Positions 31,107 to 40,638 are shown, counted from the stretch's first letter. The stretch: 64,000 bases of DNA from Candidatus Hydrothermales bacterium (GCA_039630575.1 JBCNUW010000004.1:56149-120148); one strand, 5' to 3'. Numbers and translations: made by a program. The notes: generated by a model not told the origin, from the letters alone.

Positions 31107-31964
31107 GTGGATTTCAGCAATTTTATTATTGGAATTAGTGATTATAATGATGGGTTTGAGGCAGTGAGGGATTTTAAACCTTTTTCTATTTTTTTGACAA
31201 GTTCCTTTAGAAACAAAGATTTGAGGGAGATAAAGGAGTTCATAAGAGATTTAAAAAAATTTTCAGGTTATGATTTGAAGTTTTCTACAGACCAGGAGGG
31301 TGGTTATGCCTCTTGGATTTTAGATGGGTATCCATCTCCGATGAGATGGGCGCAGAAAAGTTTTAAGGAGTTTGAAAGATCCTGTAAAGAAATGGCAAGA
31401 AAGCTCAAAAATATCGGTATTGATATAAATTTTGCTCCCTGTGTTGATATTTGCTATGACAATGAAAACGAAGTAATTTGCAAAAAAGAAAGAAGTTTTA
31501 GCAATAGTTTAAAAACTGTTGTGGACTATTCGTATAGATTTTATAAGATTATGAAAGAAAATGGAATAGAGTGTTGTGCCAAACATTTTGTTAATCAGGC
31601 AAGAGCAAAGGATGATCCCCATAAGGATTTACCTATATCTGATTTTAGTCTTAAAGATATTATAAAAGATTTTTTACCCTATAAAGTATTAATAAAAGAA
31701 GGTCTTTTTTATATAATGGTTGGTTATATAAAATATAAAAAAATTTCAGAGGAACCTGTTATTTTTTCTAGTTATTTCATAAAAGAATTATTAAGGAAAA
31801 GGCTTTCTTTTAGGGGAAAGGTGATAACTGATGACTTATTGATGGGTGGAATAAAAAAGTTTTATCCACTAAGCGAAAGTATTAAACTTTCCATAAAAGC
31901 TGGTTGTGATCTTATTTTAATTTCTGATTTTAAATTTTTGAAAAAATTTTTAAAAAAATCATAA
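31107..31964 (+). CDS. Glycoside hydrolase family 3 N-terminal domain (NagZ-like)
   Basis: DQEGG, NFAPCVD, KHF, DPH, ITDDL. Confidence 0.8.
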   Translation: MDFSNFIIGISDYNDGFEAVRDFKPFSIFLTSSFRNKDLREIKEFIRDLKKFSGYDLKFSTDQEGGYASWILDGYPSPMRWAQKSFKEFERSCKEMARKLKNIGIDINFAPCVDICYDNENEVICKKERSFSNSLKTVVDYSYRFYKIMKENGIECCAKHFVNQARAKDDPHKDLPISDFSLKDIIKDFLPYKVLIKEGLFYIMVGYIKYKKISEEPVIFSSYFIKELLRKRLSFRGKVITDDLLMGGIKKFYPLSESIKLSIKAGCDLILISDFKFLKKFLKKS

Positions 31965-31981
31965 AATTTTAAATCTACAAG

Positions 31982-32671
31982 ATGAAAGGATTATTCTTAG
32001 TTACTCCAGCAATTTTGTTTTCTCTTGGGATTTCACCATGTGATTTTCCTTTAGCGAGAAATCTCTCCAGGGGAGAGTATAAATTTGATGTAAGGTTTTA
32101 TGGTAGTGGTGGTATTTTATTTTCTTTTGATGCCGCAATACTTGATAAATTTTTGATTGGTCTAAGATACGGAGGAACGGGGATTGTTGGTTCCGAAGGT
32201 GTTAAATTTAATCCTGCTCCTGGTGTTAATGTTTCATATTTAATGTTAGATGAATCAAGATATGTACCATCGATGATGGTAGGAATAGAGACTCAGGGTT
32301 TTGATCATTACATTGAAAGTAGTGAGAGATATTTTATAAAGTCAAGAGGTTTATATTTATGTGTAAGTAAAGAGTTCCCTTTTTTATCTGGTTTAATTTT
32401 AAATGGAGGAATAAACAGGACCTTTGAAACAAAGGATGAAAAAAACGGTCTTGATTTATTCTCTTCTTTAATTTTTAATTTTTCAAAGGAATTTGGTATT
32501 TTTTTTGAGTATGCTCTCGGATATAATGACCCTTTACATAAAGAAGGTATTTTTAATTCTGGTATCTCTTTTAATTTTATAGATCAGTTTTTCTTTTCTT
32601 TTTCTTTTAGGGATTTGTTATCAGACTCTTATACTAGAACTTTTCAAGTAGGATATAGGGGTTATCTATGA
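31982..32671 (+). CDS. Outer-membrane beta-barrel protein (YjbH-like)
   Basis: Signal peptide, alternating beta-strand pattern, aromatic C-terminus. Confidence 0.55.
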   Translation: MKGLFLVTPAILFSLGISPCDFPLARNLSRGEYKFDVRFYGSGGILFSFDAAILDKFLIGLRYGGTGIVGSEGVKFNPAPGVNVSYLMLDESRYVPSMMVGIETQGFDHYIESSERYFIKSRGLYLCVSKEFPFLSGLILNGGINRTFETKDEKNGLDLFSSLIFNFSKEFGIFFEYALGYNDPLHKEGIFNSGISFNFIDQFFFSFSFRDLLSDSYTRTFQVGYRGYL

Positions 32672-33603
32672 AAAAGCTTAGAGTTGGAACTATAGGAGTT
32701 GGGTATCTTGGTTCAATTCATGTGAAACTCTTAAAGGAGATTGAAGAAGCTGAGGTTGTTTGTGTTTATGACTTAAGGGAGGACAGAGCAAAGGAGGTAG
32801 CGAAGGAGTTTGATCTATATCAAGCTAATTCTCCAAATGAACTTTTAGAGATGGTTGATGCTGTAACATGTGCGGTTCCTACACTCTCGCATTATGAAGT
32901 TGGACTTATGGTTTTAAAAAACAATAAGCATCTTTTTATGGAAAAACCAATAACAACAAAAATTAGTGAAGCAAAAAGACTTGTGAAAGAAGCAGAAAAA
33001 AGGGGACTTGTTTTACAGGTTGGTTTTGTAGAAAGGCTAAATCCTGGTATTTTGAGTATAAAGGATATTATTTCAAATCCGATGTTTATTGAGGCAGAAA
33101 GACTTACCACTTTTGTTGGTAGAGGTACAGATGTAGATGTTATTCTTGATCTTATGGTTCACGACATAGATCTTATTCTGTTGTTTAAAAATTCAGAAAT
33201 AAAAAAATTAGAGGCTGTGGGTGTTCCTGTTATAACTGATAAAATAGATATTGCAAATGTTAGGGTTGAATTTAAGGACGGAGGTGTTTGTAATTTAACT
33301 GCTTCAAGAATATCAAGAGAGCCTTTTAGAAAGATTCGTTTTTTTCAAAGGGATACTTATATTTCTGTTGATTTGAAGGAGAAATCAGCGCAGGTTTATA
33401 TAAAGAAGGATTCGCAAATTTTGCCCTATCCAGTTAAAAGTTTTAATATTAATCCATTAAAGGAAGAGCTTAAAAATTTCATTAGAGCCTGTTTGTATGG
33501 CGAAAAAGTTCTTGTAGATGGGAGAGAAGCTATAAAGAGTTTAGCTATTGCCCTAAGGATAAAAAGGATCATAGAGAATAATCTAAAAAGGATAAAATTT
33601 TGA
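32668..33603 (+). CDS. Gfo/Idh/MocA oxidoreductase, probable UDP-GlcNAc 3-dehydrogenase GnnA
   Basis: GVGYLG, EKPI, GFVERLNP, DVILDLMVHDID, TASRIS; lies near lpxB. Confidence 0.75.
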   Translation: MKKLRVGTIGVGYLGSIHVKLLKEIEEAEVVCVYDLREDRAKEVAKEFDLYQANSPNELLEMVDAVTCAVPTLSHYEVGLMVLKNNKHLFMEKPITTKISEAKRLVKEAEKRGLVLQVGFVERLNPGILSIKDIISNPMFIEAERLTTFVGRGTDVDVILDLMVHDIDLILLFKNSEIKKLEAVGVPVITDKIDIANVRVEFKDGGVCNLTASRISREPFRKIRFFQRDTYISVDLKEKSAQVYIKKDSQILPYPVKSFNINPLKEELKNFIRACLYGEKVLVDGREAIKSLAIALRIKRIIENNLKRIKF

Positions 33604-34166
33604 GTAGTTTCGGTGAGTTTTTATACAGAAACAGAGATAAAACATCTGTTCCCTTCTTTATAATTATGTTATTTTTCTCAGATCCCAATTTTAAAAATTT
33701 TTTATTATTTCCGCTACTACTTTTAGGCGAGTTTTTAAGGATTTACAGTTTGATGTATGTGGGTGAGTTAACGCGTGCAAAAGAAATTAAAGCAAATTTT
33801 CTTGTTACAGGTGGTCCTTATTCTTTTGTTAGAAATCCTATTTATTTAGGTAATTTTTTTATAGGTCTTTTTTTTGTTTTTTTTTATAATCCTCCGATTA
33901 TTTTTTATTTTTTATTTTTTATTTTATTTTTTGCCCAATATTATTTTATAATACTAGAGGAGGAGAAGTTCTTAGAAAGGCAATTTGGAGAAGAATATAG
34001 GGAATATAAGAGAAAAACTTTTAGATTTATACCTAAATTTTCGCCGTTTGAGAAAAGAACAAAAAGAGTATACGGTTTTAAAGAGGTAATAAAATTTGAG
34101 AAGTCAACTTTGGTACTTATCTTTTTTCTAATAATTTTGGGCTTTTTACTAAATTTTTTAAAATGA
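33600..34166 (+). CDS. Isoprenylcysteine-carboxyl-methyltransferase family membrane protein (LmtA-like)
   Basis: LVTGGPYSFVRNPIYLG, EEEKFL..FGEEY..Y, RFIP. Confidence 0.85.
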   Translation: MSSFGEFLYRNRDKTSVPFFIIMLFFSDPNFKNFLLFPLLLLGEFLRIYSLMYVGELTRAKEIKANFLVTGGPYSFVRNPIYLGNFFIGLFFVFFYNPPIIFYFLFFILFFAQYYFIILEEEKFLERQFGEEYREYKRKTFRFIPKFSPFEKRTKRVYGFKEVIKFEKSTLVLIFFLIILGFLLNFLK

Positions 34167-35239
34167 AAATTCTTTTCGTAGCAGGTGAGCTTTCCGGTGA
34201 TAGGAATGCTTCTTTTCTTATAAATAAGTTGAGGGAAAAAAGCAAGGATTTAGAAATTTATGCTTATGCTGGAAAGGAGAGTGAAAAACAGGGAGCAATT
34301 TTGATTGAAGATATAACTCACAGGGCAGTTGTTGGTTTTACCGAGGCTTTTGGTACTGTTTTTTATTTTAAAAATTTACTCAAAGAAATTTATAATTTTG
34401 TAAGGAAAAAAAACATAAAAAAGGTCGTTCTTGTTGATTTTCCTGGTTTTAACTTAAATCTTGCAAGAATTTTAAAGAGGATAGACAGAGAAATTTTTTA
34501 TTTTATACCACCTCAAGTTTGGGCATGGGGGTCTTGGAGGATTAAGGAACTTAGGAAATACACCGATAAGGTTCTCTCCACATTTCCCTTTGAGGCAGAG
34601 TTTTTAAGAAAAAAGAAAGTTAATGCTTTTTTTGTTGGTAATCCAATAGTTGAGCGGATCAGATGGAATGAAAATAAGGAAAAGATTATTATTTTCCTAC
34701 CTGGTTCAAGAAAAAAGGAAATAAAAAGGCATGTTAAGGATATGATTAGAATAAGAGATTATATAGAAAGGGATTTTAAAGATTATAGATTTTTAATTTC
34801 ACTTTTATATAGTGATAGTGAGATCCTTTCTAAGGTTGAAGGTAAGTTTGAGATCATTGAGGGAGAGGCAGCACCATATATAGAGAAAGCAAGGTATGCA
34901 ATTACAGTGAGTGGAACAGCGGCACTTGAATGTGCTCTTGCAGGGACTCCTATGGTTGTTATATATAAAGTTTCAGAATTTACATATGTTTTAGGAAGGA
35001 TGTTAACTAAAATTCCTTATGTCTCACTTGTAAATATAATTTTAAAAAAAAGAGTTATTCCTGAGTATGTCCAACATATAAATTTAAAGGAAATTAGAGA
35101 ATTTTTAGTTACACTTAACTCAAAAAAAGAAAAATTAGAAGAAATCATTAGCTCCCTAAAATATTTGCGGCAAATACTTAAAAGTGAGAAAATTTTTAAT
35201 CCTGTTTATTTAATACTAAATAAATTGAATAAAAATTAG
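34163..35239 (+). CDS. lpxB: Lipid A disaccharide synthase
   Basis: AGELSGD, DFPGFN, PPQVWAW, FPFE, LPGSR, SGT. Confidence 0.95.
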   Translation: MKILFVAGELSGDRNASFLINKLREKSKDLEIYAYAGKESEKQGAILIEDITHRAVVGFTEAFGTVFYFKNLLKEIYNFVRKKNIKKVVLVDFPGFNLNLARILKRIDREIFYFIPPQVWAWGSWRIKELRKYTDKVLSTFPFEAEFLRKKKVNAFFVGNPIVERIRWNENKEKIIIFLPGSRKKEIKRHVKDMIRIRDYIERDFKDYRFLISLLYSDSEILSKVEGKFEIIEGEAAPYIEKARYAITVSGTAALECALAGTPMVVIYKVSEFTYVLGRMLTKIPYVSLVNIILKKRVIPEYVQHINLKEIREFLVTLNSKKEKLEEIISSLKYLRQILKSEKIFNPVYLILNKLNKN

Positions 35240-35297
35240 ATTTTTAAATAATTTTAATTATAATTTTTATGAAAATGGCCTCTACCAATAAAAATAC

Positions 35298-35326
35298 TTG
35301 ACAAAGTTTCTTTTTGATGTTATAAT
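35298..35326 (+). promoter_or_regulatory. Consensus sigma70 promoter of hup
   Basis: TTGACA-17 nt-TATAAT with extended -10 TG; SD AGGAGG at 35360-35365. Confidence 0.9.
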
Positions 35327-35335
35327 AATTTATAA

Positions 35336-35673
35336 ACCCGGGGGACGGAAAATCTAAAAAGGAGGTAAAAAATGAATAAAGCAGAACTTATCGATTATGT
35401 TGCAAATAATGCAAAAATATCAAAAAAGGCTGCTGCAGCAGCCGTTGATGCATTTGTAGATGCTGTTAAACAAACCTTAAAAAAAGGATCAGAGTTAAGA
35501 CTTGTTGGATTTGGAACCTTTGGAGTAAAGAAAAGAAAAGCAAGAAAGGGCAGGAATCCAAAAACAGGAGCTGAAATAAATATACCTGCCCAGAAAGTTC
35601 CATTTTTTAGACCTTCTTCTGATCTCAAAAATATTTTGAAAAAATAAAATTATCAAAAAGAGTTCCCCCGGGT
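35336..35673 (+). repeat. 10-bp perfect GC-rich inverted repeat enclosing hup
   Basis: ACCCGGGGGA (35336-35345) is the exact reverse complement of TCCCCCGGGT (35664-35673). Confidence 0.85.
35372..35647 (+). CDS. hup: HU histone-like DNA-binding protein
   Basis: MNKAELI, LVGFGTF, ARKGRNPKTG, PFFRP. Confidence 0.97.
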   Translation: MNKAELIDYVANNAKISKKAAAAAVDAFVDAVKQTLKKGSELRLVGFGTFGVKKRKARKGRNPKTGAEINIPAQKVPFFRPSSDLKNILKK

Positions 35674-35987
35674 CTAAATTTTTCTATTACTTCTTAATTT
35701 TTCTATTTCCATACCTGATTTCTTTACTTCTACCTGATATATTAAAAGGATTAAAAATCATATCAATTTTAATTTCCTTAATCATGCTTTTCTATTCTAT
35801 TTCACTTTTAAAAGATTTTCCCCTCTATAAAAGATATAAAGAGTTGATAGAGGATGATTTTAGTATTTATATTTTGAGAATTTCTACCTTTTCACTCTCA
35901 GCCGTTTTAGTTAATCTAAGTTTTACTAATTTATTTTTTATTTTGTTTTTCTTTATAGCATCCTTTATCTTTTTAAAAGATGAATAA
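35649..35987 (+). CDS. Hypothetical membrane protein, about 4 TM; start uncertain (ATT/ATC at 35649/35652, CTG at 35715 or ATG at 35784)
   Basis: Frame is open from 35640 and hydrophobic throughout; 3' end overlaps the der start. Confidence 0.5.
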   Translation: MIKKSSPGSKFFYYFLIFLFPYLISLLLPDILKGLKIISILISLIMLFYSISLLKDFPLYKRYKELIEDDFSIYILRISTFSLSAVLVNLSFTNLFFILFFFIASFIFLKDE

Positions 35988-37239
35988 TTTACCATTTTTT
36001 GTGATCGTTGGTAAGGTTAATGTAGGTAAAAGCACACTCTTTAATTCAATAGTCGGGAAGAATATTGCGGTTACACACAGTATTCCTGGTGTCACAAGAG
36101 ATGTTTTAAGAAAGAAAGTTTTCTTTGATGATTTTGCCTTTGAAATTTGTGATACTGGTGGTCTTTTTAATTCTCTTGATCCTTTAAGTGAGGAGGTAGA
36201 AAAAAAAATTTTAGAAGTATTAGATGAGGCAGATGCTTTTTTATTTGTTGTAGATGCAAAGGAAGGTTTGACCGAGAAAGACAAATTGATTATGGATATG
36301 TTAAGAAAAAAGGGAAAACCTATTTACTTAATTATTAATAAAATTGATGTAAAGGAAAAAAAAGAGGAAGAATTTGATGAATTAGCTATTAATAATGAGA
36401 GAATTTTTAAAATATCAGCTTCTCACAAAATTGGAATCTCTGCGTTAATAGAAAGATTATCGAGAGATTTTCCCTTTAAGGGAGAAAAAATTTCAAGAAT
36501 TCCTGTGGTAATAATAGGAAGACCTAATGTTGGAAAGTCTTCTATTTTAAATTCTCTAATAGGTAAAGATCATGCTTTAGTATCACCTATTCCTGGAACT
36601 ACAAGAGACCCTGTTGAGTTTGAAATTAACGAATTTATTTTCATAGACACTGCAGGAATAAAAAGTAAATTTAATAGTGATCTTGAGTACTTTTCCTATG
36701 TTAAAACTTCTCACTCTGTAGATTATGCTTTAATTGTTTTGTTTGTTATGGATGTAAGAGAGCCCTTTACGAGAATTGAGAGAAAAATTTTGTCGCTAAT
36801 TGAGGAAAAGGGTAAGGGTATTATTATTATATTAAACAAAATAGATTTATTATCAAAAAAGGAAATAAGTGATATTTATAGTGAAAAAAGAGCGCTTTAT
36901 CCTTACTTTTCCTATATTCCTCATATTTTTACATCAGCTACCTTGAAATATGGAATAGATTCTATCCCTTCAAAAATTAAAGATGTCTGGAAAGAGATGA
37001 ACAGAGAAATAAAAAGAAGTGAACTTAAAAAGTTTTTATTAAAGGCGATAAAGGAAAACTCACCACCCTGTTATATTAAGGATATAAGAGAAATAAGTAG
37101 AATTCCTCGTATTTACGCAGTTTTTTCGACTGATCTTTTAAGTAATGATTACATTAGGTATCTAAAGAATAAATTTAGGAAAGAGTTTAGATTTATGGGT
37201 GTTCCTTTTAAGGTATTTAATAAAGTTTATAAGTATTAA
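35980..37239 (+). CDS. der: Ribosome biogenesis GTPase Der (EngA)
   Basis: Two G domains: GKVNVGKS/DTGG/NKID and GRPNVGKS/DTAG/NKID. Confidence 0.92.
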   Translation: MNNLPFFVIVGKVNVGKSTLFNSIVGKNIAVTHSIPGVTRDVLRKKVFFDDFAFEICDTGGLFNSLDPLSEEVEKKILEVLDEADAFLFVVDAKEGLTEKDKLIMDMLRKKGKPIYLIINKIDVKEKKEEEFDELAINNERIFKISASHKIGISALIERLSRDFPFKGEKISRIPVVIIGRPNVGKSSILNSLIGKDHALVSPIPGTTRDPVEFEINEFIFIDTAGIKSKFNSDLEYFSYVKTSHSVDYALIVLFVMDVREPFTRIERKILSLIEEKGKGIIIILNKIDLLSKKEISDIYSEKRALYPYFSYIPHIFTSATLKYGIDSIPSKIKDVWKEMNREIKRSELKKFLLKAIKENSPPCYIKDIREISRIPRIYAVFSTDLLSNDYIRYLKNKFRKEFRFMGVPFKVFNKVYKY

Positions 37240-37240
37240 T

Positions 37241-37966
37241 TTAGAATAAAACCTGACAGTTTTCACAGAAATAGGTTTTTCTTTTTGTTTTTCCCGTCAA
37301 TTTTAATTTAACCTTTTCTTTACAAATCTTACAATATTTTTTTCCGTAGATTAGAAGATAATTTTTTAGTGATTTTTTTGATTTTCTTATATTATAAAAA
37401 AGTCTAGAAAAGGAGATGGTTTCTTTAATCAAATTTTCTATATATTCCTCTTCTATTTTTTTACCTACACTTAATGGATGAACTTTAGCTCTGAAGAGTG
37501 CTTCATTTTTAATTATGTTTCCAACACCAGCAAAAATTCTTTGATCTAAGAGGAGGTCGCAAATGAACTCCTTTGAATTAATTATCTTTTTTTTCGTCTT
37601 AAGAATGTCAAATTGTTTTTTCATTATATCAGTACTCGGATCGAAAATGAAATCTTCCTTGTTTAAAATTCTAATTGATGTGTTGTAAAAATTTATAAAA
37701 GTATCATTAAATTTTATTGATAGTCTCTCTTTCTTTTCCTTTTCTATTTTATTAATCCTTATCGAGCCGTACATCAAGAAATGGATTATAAGGTAAAAAA
37801 AATCAAATTCAAATATTAAATATTTGCCATGGCTTTTTATATCTATAATTTTTTTTCCTAAAATTATTTCCTTATTTTCACGAGTATTTCCTTTGACCTC
37901 TAATGGAGTTTTTCCCTTTAGAAATTTTAATCTTTTTGCTATGAGGAAGACACAAGGTCCCTCCAT
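37241..37966 (-). CDS. Fpg/Nei family DNA glycosylase (Nei-like)
   Basis: GKYL, HFLMYG, LLDQ..AGVGNI..NEALF H2TH motif, C-terminal CxxC...CxxCQ zinc finger. Confidence 0.9.
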   Translation of the reverse strand: MEGPCVFLIAKRLKFLKGKTPLEVKGNTRENKEIILGKKIIDIKSHGKYLIFEFDFFYLIIHFLMYGSIRINKIEKEKKERLSIKFNDTFINFYNTSIRILNKEDFIFDPSTDIMKKQFDILKTKKKIINSKEFICDLLLDQRIFAGVGNIIKNEALFRAKVHPLSVGKKIEEEYIENLIKETISFSRLFYNIRKSKKSLKNYLLIYGKKYCKICKEKVKLKLTGKTKRKTYFCENCQVLF

Positions 37967-37995
37967 AAAGTTATACTGCTACTTTTAAAAAAAGC

Positions 37996-38868
37996 TTAAT
38001 TTCTATTTATATAAAAAATTGAAAAAGCTGATGAAAAAGAGGTATATGCAACAAGTCCTAAGTTAAGAATTAACTTTGATATTATATTTATTGAATTGTG
38101 CTTTTTAAAAAATTTAAAAATAGATTTTCTTAGATAATGTTCAGATTTTAGACCCAAGTATTTCCTTGAGCCTCCATGAAAATGAATAATTTTTATATCT
38201 GGAGCATATAAAACTTTATAACCTCTTTTTCTAATTCTCAAGCATAGATCAATATCCTCAGCAAATAAAAAAAATTCTTCATCAAAGCCTCCTACATCTT
38301 CAAAAGTTTCCCTTTTTATAGCTACAAAGGCACCTAAAACAGCTTCTACTTCACGTGGTTTTGTTTCTTTTTCAAGATCAAGGTAGAGAAATTCTCTCGT
38401 TATTGGATTATTTTTTAAAATGAAAGATCCGATTGATTTCCTTCCGAATAAAAGATATTTAAATCTTGGGTATCTTCTGCAGCTTGGTTGATAAGTTCCA
38501 TCAGGATATTCTAATTTTGATCCAAGAATTCCAAGGTTTTGTTCTCTTTCAAAATACCCTTTTATCTTCTCAAATGTCCCTTGTGGGATAATTACATCAG
38601 CGTTAGAAAAAACAAGTATTTTACCCTTAGAAATTTTTGCCCCATAATTACATCCACCCCCATAACCGAGATTTTTCGTATTTTTAACATATTTAAATTC
38701 AGGAAAAATTTTCTTTGCCTTTTCTATAGAATTGTCAGTGGAGTTGTTATCAATCACTATAACTTCAAACTCTTTTTCTTTGTTAAAAGTATTTAATTTT
38801 ATCGATCTTAAGGTGTAGGTAAGGTAATCTCCACTATTAAAATTAACTATAATTATAGAGAAATTCAC
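37996..38868 (-). CDS. Glycosyltransferase family 2 (WbbL-like)
   Basis: IIVNFN, DNNSTD, NLGYG, GFDEEFFLFAEDIDLC. Confidence 0.9.
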   Translation of the reverse strand: MNFSIIIVNFNSGDYLTYTLRSIKLNTFNKEKEFEVIVIDNNSTDNSIEKAKKIFPEFKYVKNTKNLGYGGGCNYGAKISKGKILVFSNADVIIPQGTFEKIKGYFEREQNLGILGSKLEYPDGTYQPSCRRYPRFKYLLFGRKSIGSFILKNNPITREFLYLDLEKETKPREVEAVLGAFVAIKRETFEDVGGFDEEFFLFAEDIDLCLRIRKRGYKVLYAPDIKIIHFHGGSRKYLGLKSEHYLRKSIFKFFKKHNSINIISKLILNLGLVAYTSFSSAFSIFYINRN

Positions 38869-39239
38869 TTTTCCTCTTTATGCTTTGTATCTTTAATTAG
38901 TTTTTCGTCCATTAAGCATTTACCATTAAATGTTACACCATCCTCTACAATTAGACCCTTACAGTAGACTTCTCCTTCAAATCTTGCATTTTTTTCAAAG
39001 TGAGCCTTTCCATCAACTATCAATTTACCAATAAAAGTTCCACCAACTTTTGCATTTTTAGCCCTTACATCCTGAGCTTTGACTTTTCCGCTTGCTCCTA
39101 TGATTAATATATCCTTTGTTTCAATGTTTCCCTCAAATTCTCCATCAATTCTTACTCCACCTTTTGCCTTTATTTCTCCTTTTAATTGAGTTGATTCACC
39201 TATATGAGTATCCAGCTGTGGATGAGGTTCCTTGTTCAT
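38865..39239 (-). CDS. Bactofilin (polymer-forming cytoskeletal protein)
   Basis: IG....KGEI...GGVRIDG.FEGNI repeats; GVTFNGKC. Confidence 0.92.
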   Translation of the reverse strand: MNKEPHPQLDTHIGESTQLKGEIKAKGGVRIDGEFEGNIETKDILIIGASGKVKAQDVRAKNAKVGGTFIGKLIVDGKAHFEKNARFEGEVYCKGLIVEDGVTFNGKCLMDEKLIKDTKHKEEK

Positions 39240-39252
39240 TTTTTAAAATTTT

Positions 39253-40638
39253 TTAAGGAATTGAACCTAAATTTATCTCTGTAAATTTTGAAAGTTCCTC
39301 TAAAATGATATTTTTTATTTCCTCCATTTTTTCAGGTGTTTTTCCCTCAAATCTAAGAACAAGGACGGGTTGAGTATTAGAGGCTCTCACAAGACCAAAG
39401 CCATCCGTAAAATTTATTCTTACACCATCTATGTCAAGAATTTTAAATTTCTTCGAAAATTTTTTCTTCAGTTTCTCAACAACTTTAAACTTATGTTCGT
39501 CTGGGCATTCAACTCTTATTTCAGGTGTTGAATAATAAAAAGGTATTTCATCAACAAGTTCATGAACCTTTTTCTTAAATGTGTCAACTACTTCTAGGAA
39601 TCTTAGGGAAGCATAAATAGCATCATCAAATCCATAGAATCTATCACTGAAGAAAAGATGCCCTGACATTTCTCCTGCAATTGGTGCACCCTCTTCTTTA
39701 AGTTTAGCCTTTATTAGAGAATGCCCTGTTTTCCACATTATGGGTTCACCTCCAATTGACCTTATGTATTCGTAAACTCCCTGCGAGCATTTTACGTCAA
39801 AAATAATCTTACTTCCTTTTTTTTCTTCTAAAACTTTTTTCGATAAAATTGCAAGTATTTTATCTCCATAAATAATTCTAAACTTGTCATCTATTACTCC
39901 TAGCCTATCCCCGTCGCCATCAAAACCAAATCCGCAGGTAAAGTTTTTTTCTTCCTTCATTAAGCCTTTAAGATCTTCCATATATTTTTCAACAGTTGGA
40001 TCTGGCAAATGATTGGGAAAGTTACCGTTAGGTTCCATATAAATTCCAGAAAACTTTATTTTTAGTTCATTGTACAATCCCTCAATAACAGGTCCACAGG
40101 TACCGTTGCCTGGATCAACTGCAACTTTATAACTTTCAGGATCCCATATCCTAACCCTCTCTTTAACTTCCTTTATATATTCAAATACTAAATCTCCCCT
40201 TATCCATCTTTTTCCGTGACCCTCTACATATTCGCCCCTTTCAATTATTTCTCTAATTTTCTGAATTTCCTTTCCATGGATAGTTTCTTTTCCACACATT
40301 ATTTTAATTCCGTTAAACTCTTTCGGGTTATGACTGCCTGTAATCTGAATTCCACCATCAAGACCAAAATGAAAAACCGAGAAATATAAAATAGGGGTGG
40401 GAACCATTCCAATGTCAATTACATTTACCCCTGACTTTAAAAAAGCATCGAGAATAACATCATGTATCCTTGGGGATGATAACCTTGCATCCCTACCCAA
40501 GGATATGGTTTTCCCACCCCTTTTAATTATGTAGCTTGCTATTGCTTTACCTATATGCCATACACTTTCGTCCTTTAAATCCTCATCAGCTATTCCCCTT
40601 ATGTCGTATTCACGGAATATGTAAGGATTTATGATCAT
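39253..40638 (-). CDS. Phosphomannomutase/phosphoglucomutase
   Basis: FREYDIRG, TGSHNP, DGDGDR, GEMSGH, RASNTQP. Confidence 0.95.
   Translation of the reverse strand: MIINPYIFREYDIRGIADEDLKDESVWHIGKAIASYIIKRGGKTISLGRDARLSSPRIHDVILDAFLKSGVNVIDIGMVPTPILYFSVFHFGLDGGIQITGSHNPKEFNGIKIMCGKETIHGKEIQKIREIIERGEYVEGHGKRWIRGDLVFEYIKEVKERVRIWDPESYKVAVDPGNGTCGPVIEGLYNELKIKFSGIYMEPNGNFPNHLPDPTVEKYMEDLKGLMKEEKNFTCGFGFDGDGDRLGVIDDKFRIIYGDKILAILSKKVLEEKKGSKIIFDVKCSQGVYEYIRSIGGEPIMWKTGHSLIKAKLKEEGAPIAGEMSGHLFFSDRFYGFDDAIYASLRFLEVVDTFKKKVHELVDEIPFYYSTPEIRVECPDEHKFKVVEKLKKKFSKKFKILDIDGVRINFTDGFGLVRASNTQPVLVLRFEGKTPEKMEEIKNIILEELSKFTEINLGSIP
39257..39267 (-). promoter_or_regulatory. T-loop-like motif GGTTCAATTCC, 17 nt upstream of the bactofilin gene and inside the last codons of PMM/PGM
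   Basis: AGG-TTCAATT-CCT; encodes the terminal GSIP of the upstream protein. Confidence 0.6.
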
